A stretch of 14,555 bases of DNA from a virus (lineage: Duplodnaviria; Heunggongvirae; Uroviricota; Caudoviricetes). The stretch lies in IMG/VR virus record IMGVR_UViG_2695420373_000007. One strand, 5' to 3'. The translations under genes were made by a program, and so were the position numbers. Of the stretch, positions 1 through 7,071 are shown in pieces (the stretch's first letter is position 1; every line of letters begins with the position of its first letter). Under the pieces are notes generated by a model that saw only the letters and a list, made by a program, of their open reading frames with translations, did not search any database and had not been told where the DNA came from.

Positions 1-881
1 TGGGTAGCGTATGTATTTTTCCAGTAATACGTCGTGTCACCACAAATCCACGGCACATCTGCAGCACTGCCACCATGACACTGCGCGTTAAACACAGTGA
101 GGTCAGCACGAAACTGCTTCAGCATGGCTGTAAACAGCGCAGGTTGCTGTGCGTAGGTGGCGGCGCTCATGTCAAACTCTCCCTGCATCCAGCACACCGC
201 CAGCAACACATTTTTCGGGTTCTTCTGTAATGCAGCTTTAGTGCGCGCAATCAGGTCCTGATATAACGGTTTACCCACACCCCAGCGCGCCGAATCCTGG
301 CTGGCCCCCGCGTCCGCACTGAATGTCCCCTCCGCGCCCTGGGTGAATGCCGAACCACCACGACAGCATGGTACCAGCAGGATCCCCGCGTTATTCGGGA
401 TATACGGGAGCAGTTTTTTGGCAATATGTAAGCCCTGGCCGACACAGCCGTACTGCCCTTTGCTCAGGTCTGCCTTCGGATGATTCAGCGTACTCATATC
501 CTGCACATCATGCAGACAGTGGTCAGCCGGGATGATGTCGTTATACGTACAACTCTCTCCACCCGGAGTTACCGTGCTGCGGCGCGCCAGCTGTTTAATG
601 CGCGGATCCGGAGCATCGTAAGAATCCGGTAACGGAAGCCCTTCACCGTAGGCCATGCCGTTGGACTGTCCGGCAAGCACAACCACGTAGAACCAGTCCG
701 GCTCAGATGAAGGGCCGACCTGTGGATCTCCTTCAATAGCCACCGCCTGCATCAGTGTGTACGGCGTAATGGCAACCGGTCCGCCATATGGCTGCCAGCC
801 CTCTTTCAGTTTGTGTGTCAGCTTTTCCGCAAGGTCTGACGGCGACGCCGCCCTGACAACATCATAGTGTTTAAATGCCAT
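1..881 (-). CDS. Sialate O-acetylesterase-like protein (prophage NanS-p/YjhS-like), 5' part only; the gene runs off the window at position 1
   Basis: Open frame on the minus strand from ATG at 879-881 to the window edge, preceded by SD GGAGG (reverse complement of 885-889). Hand translation starts MAFKHYDVVRAASPSDLAEKLTHKLKEGWQPYGG (DUF1737-like N-terminus) and contains VVVLAGQSN, the SGNH/GQSN block typical of sialate 9-O-acetylesterases. Not in the ORF track because no stop lies inside the window. Position next to the phage tRNA trio matches the nanS-p position of Stx-type phages. Confidence 0.7.
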   Translation of the reverse strand, partial: MAFKHYDVVRAASPSDLAEKLTHKLKEGWQPYGGPVAITPYTLMQAVAIEGDPQVGPSSEPDWFYVVVLAGQSNGMAYGEGLPLPDSYDAPDPRIKQLARRSTVTPGGESCTYNDIIPADHCLHDVQDMSTLNHPKADLSKGQYGCVGQGLHIAKKLLPYIPNNAGILLVPCCRGGSAFTQGAEGTFSADAGASQDSARWGVGKPLYQDLIARTKAALQKNPKNVLLAVCWMQGEFDMSAATYAQQPALFTAMLKQFRADLTVFNAQCHGGSAADVPWICGDTTYYWKNTYAT

Positions 882-1074
882 GAATCCTCCCGGCCGGGAT
901 AATATTGTGAGTAAAATGAGGAGCGGGCTGAAGTCCGGAGGTTACAGGACAATGGCAGAAGAGAGACAACAGCCCGCAATACGAAAAAGGCCGCGCTATT
1001 GCGCAGAGTGATTACTGTCGGATATTATTCGCCAGCTGAAATATTACTTCACGTTTTGTTGTTTATTCCTTGCC

Positions 1075-1103
1075 GCCCGCGTCTCCCTGCGCGGGCTTTT
1101 TTT
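1075..1103 (+). terminator. Intrinsic terminator-like hairpin (GCCCGCG-N8-CGCGGGC followed by T7)
   Basis: Perfect 7-bp GC-rich stem at 1075-1096 immediately followed by TTTTTTT at 1097-1103. Confidence 0.5.
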
Positions 1104-1105
1104 GT

Positions 1106-1133
1106 CCATAAGAAAGCCCCTCCGGAGAGGGGC
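1106..1133 (-). terminator. Intrinsic terminator-like hairpin on the minus strand (GCCCCTC-CGGA-GAGGGGC with U-rich tail UUUCUU)
   Basis: 7-bp stem at 1116-1133; on the minus strand it is followed by TTTCTT. Together with the 1075-1103 hairpin it forms a back-to-back terminator pair. Confidence 0.45.
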
Positions 1134-1330
1134 TGGAGAGTGGCGCTATGTGCCATTGCATGGTGCCGGGTGCCTCCCGGTGAATTCAGTACCAGCACCT
1201 GAATCCGCGATTATCCCATATACCTACTCGCTGATTGCCCCTCCGCACAGGGGGATTCACCATGCCAGTTTCTTTTAACAAACTCCCCGCAAACCAGACA
1301 ACAGTCAACCGCCTGAATTGTGAGACATTT

Positions 1331-1356
1331 AAAAAAAAGGCCCGCAAAAGCGAGCC
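1331..1356 (-). terminator. Intrinsic terminator immediately downstream of the tRNA cluster
   Basis: Minus-strand RNA would read GGCUCGC-UUUU-GCGGGCC (7-bp stem with one G-U pair) followed by UUUUUUUU (plus-strand A-run 1331-1338). Confidence 0.6.
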
Positions 1357-1370
1357 AGGGAAAATAAGTG

Positions 1371-1447
1371 TGGCGCGTTGTACTGGATTCGAACCAGTGA
1401 CCGATTGCTTAGAAGGCAATTGCTCTGTCCGGCTGAGCTAACAACGC
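1371..1447 (-). tRNA. argO: tRNA-Arg, anticodon UCU (reads AGA/AGG)
   Basis: 77-nt cloverleaf folded by hand from the reverse complement: acceptor GCGTTGT/ACAACGC, D-stem GCTC/GAGC, anticodon stem ATTGC/GCAAT with loop CTTCTAA, T-arm ACTGG-TTCGAAT-CCAGT, 3' GCCA encoded. Symbol is by analogy with the ileZ-argN-argO trio of lambdoid/Stx phages. Confidence 0.85.
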
Positions 1448-1460
1448 ATGATGCAGATAA

Positions 1461-1537
1461 TGGACCGCCATCGGGGACTTGAACCCCGCGCAGCCAGCTT
1501 CGAAGGCTGGCGCTCTATCCCGATGAGCTAATGGCGG
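1461..1537 (-). tRNA. argN: tRNA-Arg, anticodon UCG (reads CGA/CGG)
   Basis: 77-nt cloverleaf: acceptor CCGCCAT/ATGGCGG, D-arm GCTC-ATCGGGATA-GAGC, anticodon stem CCAGC/GCTGG with loop CTTCGAA, T-arm CGGGG-TTCAAGT-CCCCG, 3' TCCA. The C1-G72 pair is unusual but the fold is complete. Symbol by analogy. Confidence 0.75.
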
Positions 1538-1544
1538 TATGTGA

Positions 1545-1620
1545 TGGTGGCCCTTGCTGGATTTGAACCAGCGACCTGGCGATTATGAGTCGCTCGCTCT
1601 CACCACTGAGCTAAAGGGCC
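1545..1620 (-). tRNA. ileZ: tRNA with anticodon CAU; Ile2 (lysidine) type by analogy with phage ileZ, Met elongator not excluded
   Basis: 76-nt cloverleaf: acceptor GGCCCTT/AAGGGCC, D-arm GCTC-AGTGGTGA-GAGC, anticodon loop CTCATAA, T-arm GCTGG-TTCAAAT-CCAGC, 3' ACCA. Sequence resembles the E. coli minor tRNA-Ile as I remember it. Confidence 0.8.
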
Positions 1621-1660
1621 GGGAGCCGCATAATAACGACGCGTAATTAATTCTTCAATA

Positions 1661-2719
1661 TCATCCGTTCTGGCTGACTAAATCCTGTACTTCCCGAACC
1701 GTCTGCTCAAAACGTTCAGTCTCCAGCTCAACGCCAATTGCACGACGCCCGAGCGCCAGTGCCGCTTTCACTGTCGAACCCGACCCCATGAAAAAATCTG
1801 CAATCAGGTCACCCGGACGACTGCTAGCGCTGATTATCTGCTGCAGCATTTCTGCCGGTTTTTCGCACGGATGTTTCCCGGGATAGAACTGCACCGGTTT
1901 ATGCGTCCACACATCGGTATACGGCACCTGCACCGTCACGCCAAAATACCGCCGCAGATGCTTATATTCACTCAGCAGTTCCATATACTGCCGGTTCAGC
2001 TCACTGTATGTGCTGACCAGTTGGTAATGGGACTTTTCCAGTTCTCCCCGCTGATGTTTCTCTTCTGCCACCCGGGCAAACAGCGACTGTAATTTCAGAT
2101 AATCGCTTTCGTTCGGTAGCTGCCACTGACTGGCACTGAACCAGTGCGACACCATGTTTTTCTTTCCTGTGGCATCTGCAATCTGTTTTGCCGTTATCCC
2201 AAGAGCAGCACGCGCATCACGAAAGTAAGAAATCAGCGGGGCCATCACATGCTGTTTCAGTGCCCTGCCCTTCGCCTCATCGCCATCATCTTTCGGACGA
2301 TACGGCCCCTGATAATGTTCCGCGAACAGAATGCGTTCTGTGGCCGGAAAATACGCCCGCAGGCTTTCCTTGTTGCACCCGTTCCAGCGTCCGGACGGCT
2401 TCGCCCAGATAATATGGTTCAGCACATTGAAGCGTTCACGCATCATGATTTCAATGTCAGATGCTAGGCGATGGCCACAGAACAGGTAAAGACTTCCGGC
2501 AGGTTTCAGCACCCGCCAGAACTGCGCCAGACACTGGTCCAGCCACTTCAGGTAATCATCGTCGCCCTTCCACTGGTTATCCCAGCCCTCGGGCTTCACT
2601 TTAAAGTATGGCGGGTCTGTGACTATCAGATCGACAGAGTTTTCCGGTAAGGTCTGGATAAATTCCAGGCAATCAGCGTTGATTAACTCACAACTGGATA
2701 TTTTTACAGTATTAGCCAT
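1661..2719 (-). CDS. DNA methyltransferase, beta-class amino-methyltransferase (N6-adenine or N4-cytosine), phage orphan-MTase type
   Basis: 352-aa ORF. DPPY catalytic motif near the N-terminus (LIVTDPPYF) and an AdoMet-binding FxGxGxT motif near the C-terminus (DFFMGSGSTVKAA); this motif order defines the beta class. No adjacent restriction endonuclease gene. Confidence 0.8.
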   Translation of the reverse strand: MANTVKISSCELINADCLEFIQTLPENSVDLIVTDPPYFKVKPEGWDNQWKGDDDYLKWLDQCLAQFWRVLKPAGSLYLFCGHRLASDIEIMMRERFNVLNHIIWAKPSGRWNGCNKESLRAYFPATERILFAEHYQGPYRPKDDGDEAKGRALKQHVMAPLISYFRDARAALGITAKQIADATGKKNMVSHWFSASQWQLPNESDYLKLQSLFARVAEEKHQRGELEKSHYQLVSTYSELNRQYMELLSEYKHLRRYFGVTVQVPYTDVWTHKPVQFYPGKHPCEKPAEMLQQIISASSRPGDLIADFFMGSGSTVKAALALGRRAIGVELETERFEQTVREVQDLVSQNG

Positions 2720-2856
2720 AGATCAATAAGCACTTCTCTGATAGGCTCATACCGCTTTTGCGCAAAGCAGATGGGCCTGAGGTTTGCTTGTGACCCCAAC
2801 GCATGAGCAGATGGCTGGCAGGTGCCGCTAACACCCACCAGCCGCCCATTACCACA

Positions 2857-2882
2857 AATAAAAAAGCCTTCACTGAGGAAGG
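2857..2882 (-). terminator. Intrinsic terminator (GCCTTC-ACTGAG-GAAGGC then U-run) at the end of the small ORF
   Basis: 6-bp stem at 2865-2882; on the minus strand it is followed by TTTTTTATTT (plus-strand A-run 2857-2864). Confidence 0.55.
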
Positions 2883-3079
2883 CGTCTGTAACAACCGAAC
2901 TGATAATCTGCCAGACCCGCCATAACAAGCTGGGTCAGTATTAACTGGCAGCGTTCGCGTGAAAGATAAGTGTTCTGCGCAATTTCCCCGGCGGTCGCCG
3001 GTTCGGTGACGCTTAATTCATTAAACACCACTCTGGCGGTTTCGGTCATATCCTGCTGTTTTAGCATGCCTTTTTCCAT
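2870..3079 (-). CDS. Small hypothetical protein (about 65-69 aa) between the tR'-like terminator and the methyltransferase
   Basis: Internal-start version of ORF 2870..3190; the annotated 5' end would overlap the upstream terminator, so an internal ATG (3077-3079 or 3065-3067) is more plausible. Followed by its own terminator. No recognisable motif. Confidence 0.3.
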   Translation of the reverse strand: MEKGMLKQQDMTETARVVFNELSVTEPATAGEIAQNTYLSRERCQLILTQLVMAGLADYQFGCYRRLPQ

Positions 3080-3190
3080 TTTCCGGTTAACGTGACATAC
3101 CAATAACTCTTGTCGAAAAAGCCAGCAAGTTGAAAGACCGGTATTAGCAACCACCAGCGCGTTTAACGCCCCGTGCCGTTTTTCAGTCAT

Positions 3191-3214
3191 AAAAAAACCC
3201 GCAAAAAGCGGGCT
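3191..3214 (-). terminator. Strong intrinsic terminator about 75 nt downstream of the Q-like gene (tR'-like)
   Basis: Minus-strand RNA: GCCCGC-UUUUU-GCGGG followed by UUUUUUU (plus-strand A7 at 3191-3197). Confidence 0.7.
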
Positions 3215-3291
3215 CTTTCAAATGTCCATGTCTGCTATTCGCCTCGCGGTACAGCTTTGCGAAGCTTACCGGAATTGAAGCAGTTTTTACG

Positions 3292-3858
3292 TCAAAAAGC
3301 AATAACTTTTTTCTCTATACCAAAAGCCATAACCATTGGTTTGTACAAAATAAATTCTGCCACCTTTAGCCAATGCTCAATGCGTCTTTCACAGGTTCTT
3401 AAACTCCATTCCGGATGTGCATCATTCAGCAGTTCAGCCATTTTGCGCTTAGTCATCCCCCGCCCCACATAACGCTGACTCAGAACATTGAGCAGCCCGG
3501 GATAACCTGCCAGTACTTCACCAATAACCCTGTCGATTATTAACGCCTCTGAATCGGTACAATGTGCCAGCCAGCTTTTTTGATTGCCGTTGATCATATC
3601 CCGCAAAAAAGCCTCAAGTTCAGGTTTGTCCAGACCCGCTTTTTTCATCCTCCGGAGCGCCTCGTTAATTGCCGTTTTTGTCAGCTTTTTAGAGGTCAGT
3701 AATTGGTTGAACATATTTCCCGTCTTACCGTCGCCAATATACGACCAACGCCCCCACATACGCAGTTTCCCCTGGATCCAGACACTTTCCAGCGTTTTCA
3801 GGCGTAAATGCTCACCGCTTTTGCCTGTAATTTCCGGGTATATCATATTTATGCTCAC
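3292..3858 (-). CDS. Putative late-gene regulator in the antiterminator Q position (Q-like by position only)
   Basis: 188-aa ORF whose start overlaps the RusA stop (ATGA). It is the last gene before a short leader and a strong terminator, which is the canonical Q - PR' - tR' arrangement. No similarity to lambda Q that I can see by eye. Confidence 0.4.
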   Translation of the reverse strand: MSINMIYPEITGKSGEHLRLKTLESVWIQGKLRMWGRWSYIGDGKTGNMFNQLLTSKKLTKTAINEALRRMKKAGLDKPELEAFLRDMINGNQKSWLAHCTDSEALIIDRVIGEVLAGYPGLLNVLSQRYVGRGMTKRKMAELLNDAHPEWSLRTCERRIEHWLKVAEFILYKPMVMAFGIEKKVIAF

Positions 3859-4220
3859 TCACTTTCAATTTTGTAAATCTTCACGCCCAGCCGCCCACCA
3901 GAAACGAGCTGACCGCGCACAATATTGATTTCATCAAACTGCTCGTCGTCTATAAGTAGTCCGGCATGCGTAAGCGCATCCAGTGGTGCCTTCAGGATAT
4001 TGTCCAGGTCGCGGCGGCGCTTATCCGGTGGCTCTGCAATAATCTTTATCGCCAGCCTTCCGGACAGGTTTAATTTCAGCCACTGCTGGCGAACAATAAG
4101 TGCCACATCCCGGCGATAACGCTCACCGGCTTTTGACACAAAATATGTGCTGCCACGACGTCGCCAGTAGGTGTTCACCGTCGGCGGGTAAGGCAAAACA
4201 AATTCTATGCGTTCAGTCAT
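3855..4220 (-). CDS. rusA: RusA-family Holliday junction resolvase
   Basis: 121-aa protein with the RusA hallmarks: PPDKRRRDLDNILKAPLDALTHAGLLIDDEQ (compare E. coli RusA DRRRRDLDN...KA.FDAL...DD) and the N-terminal LPYPPTVNTYW block. Confidence 0.85.
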   Translation of the reverse strand: MTERIEFVLPYPPTVNTYWRRRGSTYFVSKAGERYRRDVALIVRQQWLKLNLSGRLAIKIIAEPPDKRRRDLDNILKAPLDALTHAGLLIDDEQFDEINIVRGQLVSGGRLGVKIYKIESE

Positions 4221-5276
4221 TCATGCTTTCCACTTCAGGACACCCGAATTTCTCGCGTGCATTAAAAAACGAATCAGCAACAACAGCTGGCTGCCGTGTT
4301 TTTCTTCAAAATCTTTTACCCCGGCGTGCAGTTCGTTATGACATTTACGGCACAGCGGAATAACAAACAAATCATCAGCCTTTGTTCCCATCCCTCCCAG
4401 TCCATGACCAATGATGTGATGCGGATCATCTGCCTGATTACCGCACGTCATGCATTTCTGCGTTTTTACCCAGCGCGTGTATACAGGCATCTCTTCCCGT
4501 TGTGGTTTCTGGCGCTGGAGATACTGAGCCGGTGACTCCGGATCAACGGCAATGCTGACCACCGTCTTTTCCTGTGGCGGGTTTTGCTGGTGGGCGTGAG
4601 GCAGCAGCGCAAGATTTTTTGTGCGCTGCTTCAGTATGCTGGTGGCGGTCTGCTCTCCCGGTACGATGTCGCTTTCGCGGTACACCGAGCGGATTTTTTC
4701 CGCACGCAATCCCAGAGAACGACGTAATACTGCCTCCGGCAATACGTCCGCTACCTGATTGCAGACCGCCCACCAGGATAATTCAGCCAGCGATAACTCC
4801 CGCTCCTGTGTACCGTTTATTGCGTGGCGGATGACGTCAATCATCCAGGATGTCAGGTTTTGTTGAGCAAGTTGCCCGAGTGATTCGGAGGTCTGGTCGC
4901 GCAGCTGGTTGTCGCAGTGCCAGCACAACACCATTGCGCCGGTACCATAACGGTGAATGACGGTTTCACTGTGGTGATAATCGCCGTGTGGCCACTGGCA
5001 GGATTTAACATGGCGCAGTAACCAGTCAGACAATGCGCCAGCGCCACCAGCAGCACGAATCACTCGTTCGTCGCTGAAAAATGGCAGTAATGATTTATCC
5101 TCCGCCAGCGGCTGGCGAACGGCAGGAACGACCCCGGACGACAGATTACGCATGCTTTTCGGTTCCGGCTCCACCAGTACCCGGGTATTGTGGAATACCG
5201 GCATGGATTCACGGCCCGGCTTAACGATCACCAGCCCGAGTTCCGGTACCAGAACAGGTCGAAGTAATACCCGCAC
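4221..5276 (-). CDS. DUF968-family prophage protein (YdfU-like) with a C-terminal HNH/zinc-binding-like motif
   Basis: 351-aa ORF, GTG start with SD GGAGG 4 nt upstream. C-terminus carries CMTCGN...HHIIGHG...CRKCHNELH (Cys/His cluster). Size and position (between a small protein and rusA/Q) match ydfU of the Qin prophage as I remember it. Confidence 0.6.
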   Translation of the reverse strand: MRVLLRPVLVPELGLVIVKPGRESMPVFHNTRVLVEPEPKSMRNLSSGVVPAVRQPLAEDKSLLPFFSDERVIRAAGGAGALSDWLLRHVKSCQWPHGDYHHSETVIHRYGTGAMVLCWHCDNQLRDQTSESLGQLAQQNLTSWMIDVIRHAINGTQERELSLAELSWWAVCNQVADVLPEAVLRRSLGLRAEKIRSVYRESDIVPGEQTATSILKQRTKNLALLPHAHQQNPPQEKTVVSIAVDPESPAQYLQRQKPQREEMPVYTRWVKTQKCMTCGNQADDPHHIIGHGLGGMGTKADDLFVIPLCRKCHNELHAGVKDFEEKHGSQLLLLIRFLMHARNSGVLKWKA

Positions 5277-5277
5277 G

Positions 5278-5556
5278 TTACCTCCAGATGCGTTGCTGGA
5301 ATGTGCGGGACGGACGCGGTGGGCGTTCAGAGTAAGGAAGCCTGACGGAGATTATCCAGTGACGATAATCGAGGCTGAGGGCTTTCTTAATCCCGTATCC
5401 GTGTCTGCGGTAGCACTGAATTAGCCATTCAGCTTGTTCTTCAGTACATGGGGGATGCTGGTACCAATCAGATTTGAATGTGCGGGAACGCCGCCCGTGC
5501 CTGCTGGCAAAGACAGCTGAATTATCAGAATTGTGTGATTTGGTATTGTGCGCCAT
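5278..5556 (-). CDS. Small hypothetical prophage protein (92 aa), Rem/YbcO position
   Basis: The only ATG in ORF 5278..5637 is at 5554-5556; the annotated TTG 5' end overlaps the upstream terminator hairpin. Stop is 1 nt before the DUF968 start. Confidence 0.45.
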   Translation of the reverse strand: MAHNTKSHNSDNSAVFASRHGRRSRTFKSDWYQHPPCTEEQAEWLIQCYRRHGYGIKKALSLDYRHWIISVRLPYSERPPRPSRTFQQRIWR

Positions 5557-5632
5557 CGTCTTTCTCTGCTGGCGCAGCAGGTGCCAGTTGTTCAGGCTGA
5601 CGTGCGAATTGTAAACCAGAATGCCAGGAAAA

Positions 5633-5655
5633 AACAAAACCCGCCGAAGCGGGTT
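5633..5655 (-). terminator. Terminator hairpin AACCCGC-CGAA-GCGGGTT with flanking T/A runs; copy 1 of a 23-bp repeat
   Basis: 7-bp stem and tetraloop; T-rich on both sides, so potentially bidirectional. Identical 23-mer recurs at 6981-7003. Confidence 0.6.
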
Positions 5656-5956
5656 TTGTCAGTACTGAACATCAAGCTGCGTGCTTGCCACTACAACTGC
5701 AAAGTGGGATCGGGAAAGGCTTCCCTTTTTTCGCGTGGCGCATTACACCATCTACACACACAGAGTAGCGAAAAATGATCTCACATGGACAGCCACATTT
5801 GCGACAGGTACCCATTGCCATGATTTCGTTTTCCCTGCTCACCTGTGAATCCACACAGGTTGCACTTTGTTGGGAGAACCACTACACTTCGCTTGTCTAC
5901 AAAAAGTGTTGTGATTGGATTATCTCCATACACTACGGAATGTGTTAGCGCACTTT

Positions 5957-5983
5957 CCGTCCCTAAAAGCCCTGTTAGCGCAG
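5957..5983 (-). terminator. Hairpin AGCCCTG-N6-CAGGGCT just downstream of the peptidase gene
   Basis: 7-bp stem directly after the stop at 5989. The T-tract is stronger on the plus strand (TTTTACAT) than on the minus strand, so orientation is uncertain. Confidence 0.4.
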
Positions 5984-5988
5984 GGCTT

Positions 5989-6465
5989 TTACATATAAAA
6001 ATCGAACGACATCTGTTGTGTTCTCACGCCAATTGTTTCCAGTACGATATCCGCAAATGTATCTGCCTGCCATTCTGCATCCTCAATACGAGTAGGTTCT
6101 TTAACTGAAAAGTGTAAAACTGCTTTGTGTCCAAGAAGCAAATGACCTAGCTCGTGGAAGATAACAGCAAGTGCATGCTCTTCCCCAAGGCAAGCATTCA
6201 CATATATTTTATTGGGAACCGTAATTGTTAGAGAAGCGGGGTCACAATGTCCGATAGTTAGATCATACGTCAGAGCCTCCCACTCTTTGTCGGTCCTGAC
6301 GTCAAGAGTAACCCCATAAATTGACAGGCTTTCAAAGAACATATCATAACGCTTTCTTTTGCGCTTTGAGGCTGTAAGACCAATAGCATTACAGAAGTTT
6401 ATAGCTCTGTAGGCTATTTCTTCTTCTTGCATCGGTGACACCCTGTTACCTCTCATTTGATACAT
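5989..6465 (-). CDS. ImmA/IrrE-family zinc metallopeptidase (COG2856 / peptidase M78-like)
   Basis: 158-aa ORF with HEXXH in IFHELGHLLLGH. Its SD GAGGGG lies inside the last codons of the upstream HTH gene; the stop of the HTH gene is 2 nt before this ATG, so the two form an operon. Confidence 0.7.
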   Translation of the reverse strand: MYQMRGNRVSPMQEEEIAYRAINFCNAIGLTASKRKRKRYDMFFESLSIYGVTLDVRTDKEWEALTYDLTIGHCDPASLTITVPNKIYVNACLGEEHALAVIFHELGHLLLGHKAVLHFSVKEPTRIEDAEWQADTFADIVLETIGVRTQQMSFDFYM

Positions 6466-6467
6466 AA

Positions 6468-6827
6468 TTACCCCTCATTGTTATTAATCTTTTGCAATAA
6501 ATCTGCAAAACTCTTTAGCTGTTCCGGCGTAAACTGCGACTTAGCGAATCCCGCTACAAGCATTTTCTGTTGCTGAGACAAACCGTTTACTGGAACTGAG
6601 TCATTCGCAACTGCCGCTAACTCCTGTAACCCTTCAATTTCTACACCTTTGGCCTTGAAGTAAGAATCAATCTTCTTAACCCACTTCAGAGGTATTTTTT
6701 TGCTACCAGTTTCTAAACCGCTAAGAAACGCTGGCGTAGTGCCCAGTTCTTGAGACATAGTCAGAAGAGTACTGTCAGTATCGATCCTCGCTTTTCTAAC
6801 GGCCTTACCGAATTCAGTGAGTGCCAT
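6468..6827 (-). CDS. XRE-family helix-turn-helix transcriptional regulator
   Basis: 119-aa ORF; the N-terminal 60 residues have the XRE HTH pattern (KARIDTDSTLLTMSQELGTTPAFLSGLETG). First gene of the operon with the ImmA-like peptidase. Confidence 0.7.
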   Translation of the reverse strand: MALTEFGKAVRKARIDTDSTLLTMSQELGTTPAFLSGLETGSKKIPLKWVKKIDSYFKAKGVEIEGLQELAAVANDSVPVNGLSQQQKMLVAGFAKSQFTPEQLKSFADLLQKINNNEG

Positions 6828-6980
6828 GATTTTATCCTCAATTTGTTGATTTAGCAGACTTGCCTAACGCAAGCCTGATGGGCGCTTAAATTCTAATTCC
6901 TAAAATTTACCATATACGAAAGCAAAGTAAACCTTTTTAGTTAAAAAAATCTCCTTTAAGGGAATTTTTTTCACAAAAAG

Positions 6981-7003
6981 AACAAAACCCGCCGAAGCGG
7001 GTT
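6981..7003 (-). terminator. Terminator hairpin, copy 2 of the 23-bp repeat, downstream of hok
   Basis: Identical 23-mer AACAAAACCCGCCGAAGCGGGTT to 5633-5655; on the minus strand the stem is followed by a T-rich tail. Confidence 0.6.
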
Positions 7004-7071
7004 AAGTGCGGGTGCGTTGAGGATGCCTGACACATCAGAGGTGGCGAGGGATTTCTCCCCCGCCAGGTCTC

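Noticed and set aside
999-1202. ORF 999..1202 (+), 67 aa
   Set aside because: It spans the back-to-back terminator hairpins at 1075-1133, is Arg/Pro-rich in a GC-rich hairpin region and has no SD.
882-1370. Possible stx or other toxin genes next to the phage tRNA trio
   Set aside because: No ORF of suitable size or signal-peptide character is present; the interval is non-coding.
1186-1441. ORFs 1186..1419 (-) and 1235..1441 (+) from the six-frame track
   Set aside because: Both overlap the tRNA-Arg(UCU) gene and the terminator after it; no SD; they are artefacts of the open frame across the tRNA region.
1871-2467. Plus-strand ORFs 1871..2092, 2144..2467 and 2188..2412
   Set aside because: They lie antisense inside the well-supported methyltransferase gene and encode low-complexity products.
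2704-2928. ORFs 2704..2928 and 2712..2894 (-)
   Set aside because: They overlap the methyltransferase start and the terminator at 2857-2882 in other frames; no SD.
4296-5056. ORFs nested in the DUF968 gene on either strand (4296..4535, 4543..4773, 4574..4834, 4853..5056)
   Set aside because: Alternative-frame or antisense ORFs inside a long, well-supported gene with an HNH-like motif.
5845-6108. ORF 5845..6108 (+), 87 aa
   Set aside because: Antisense to the ImmA-like gene and spanning the hairpin at 5957-5983; no SD.
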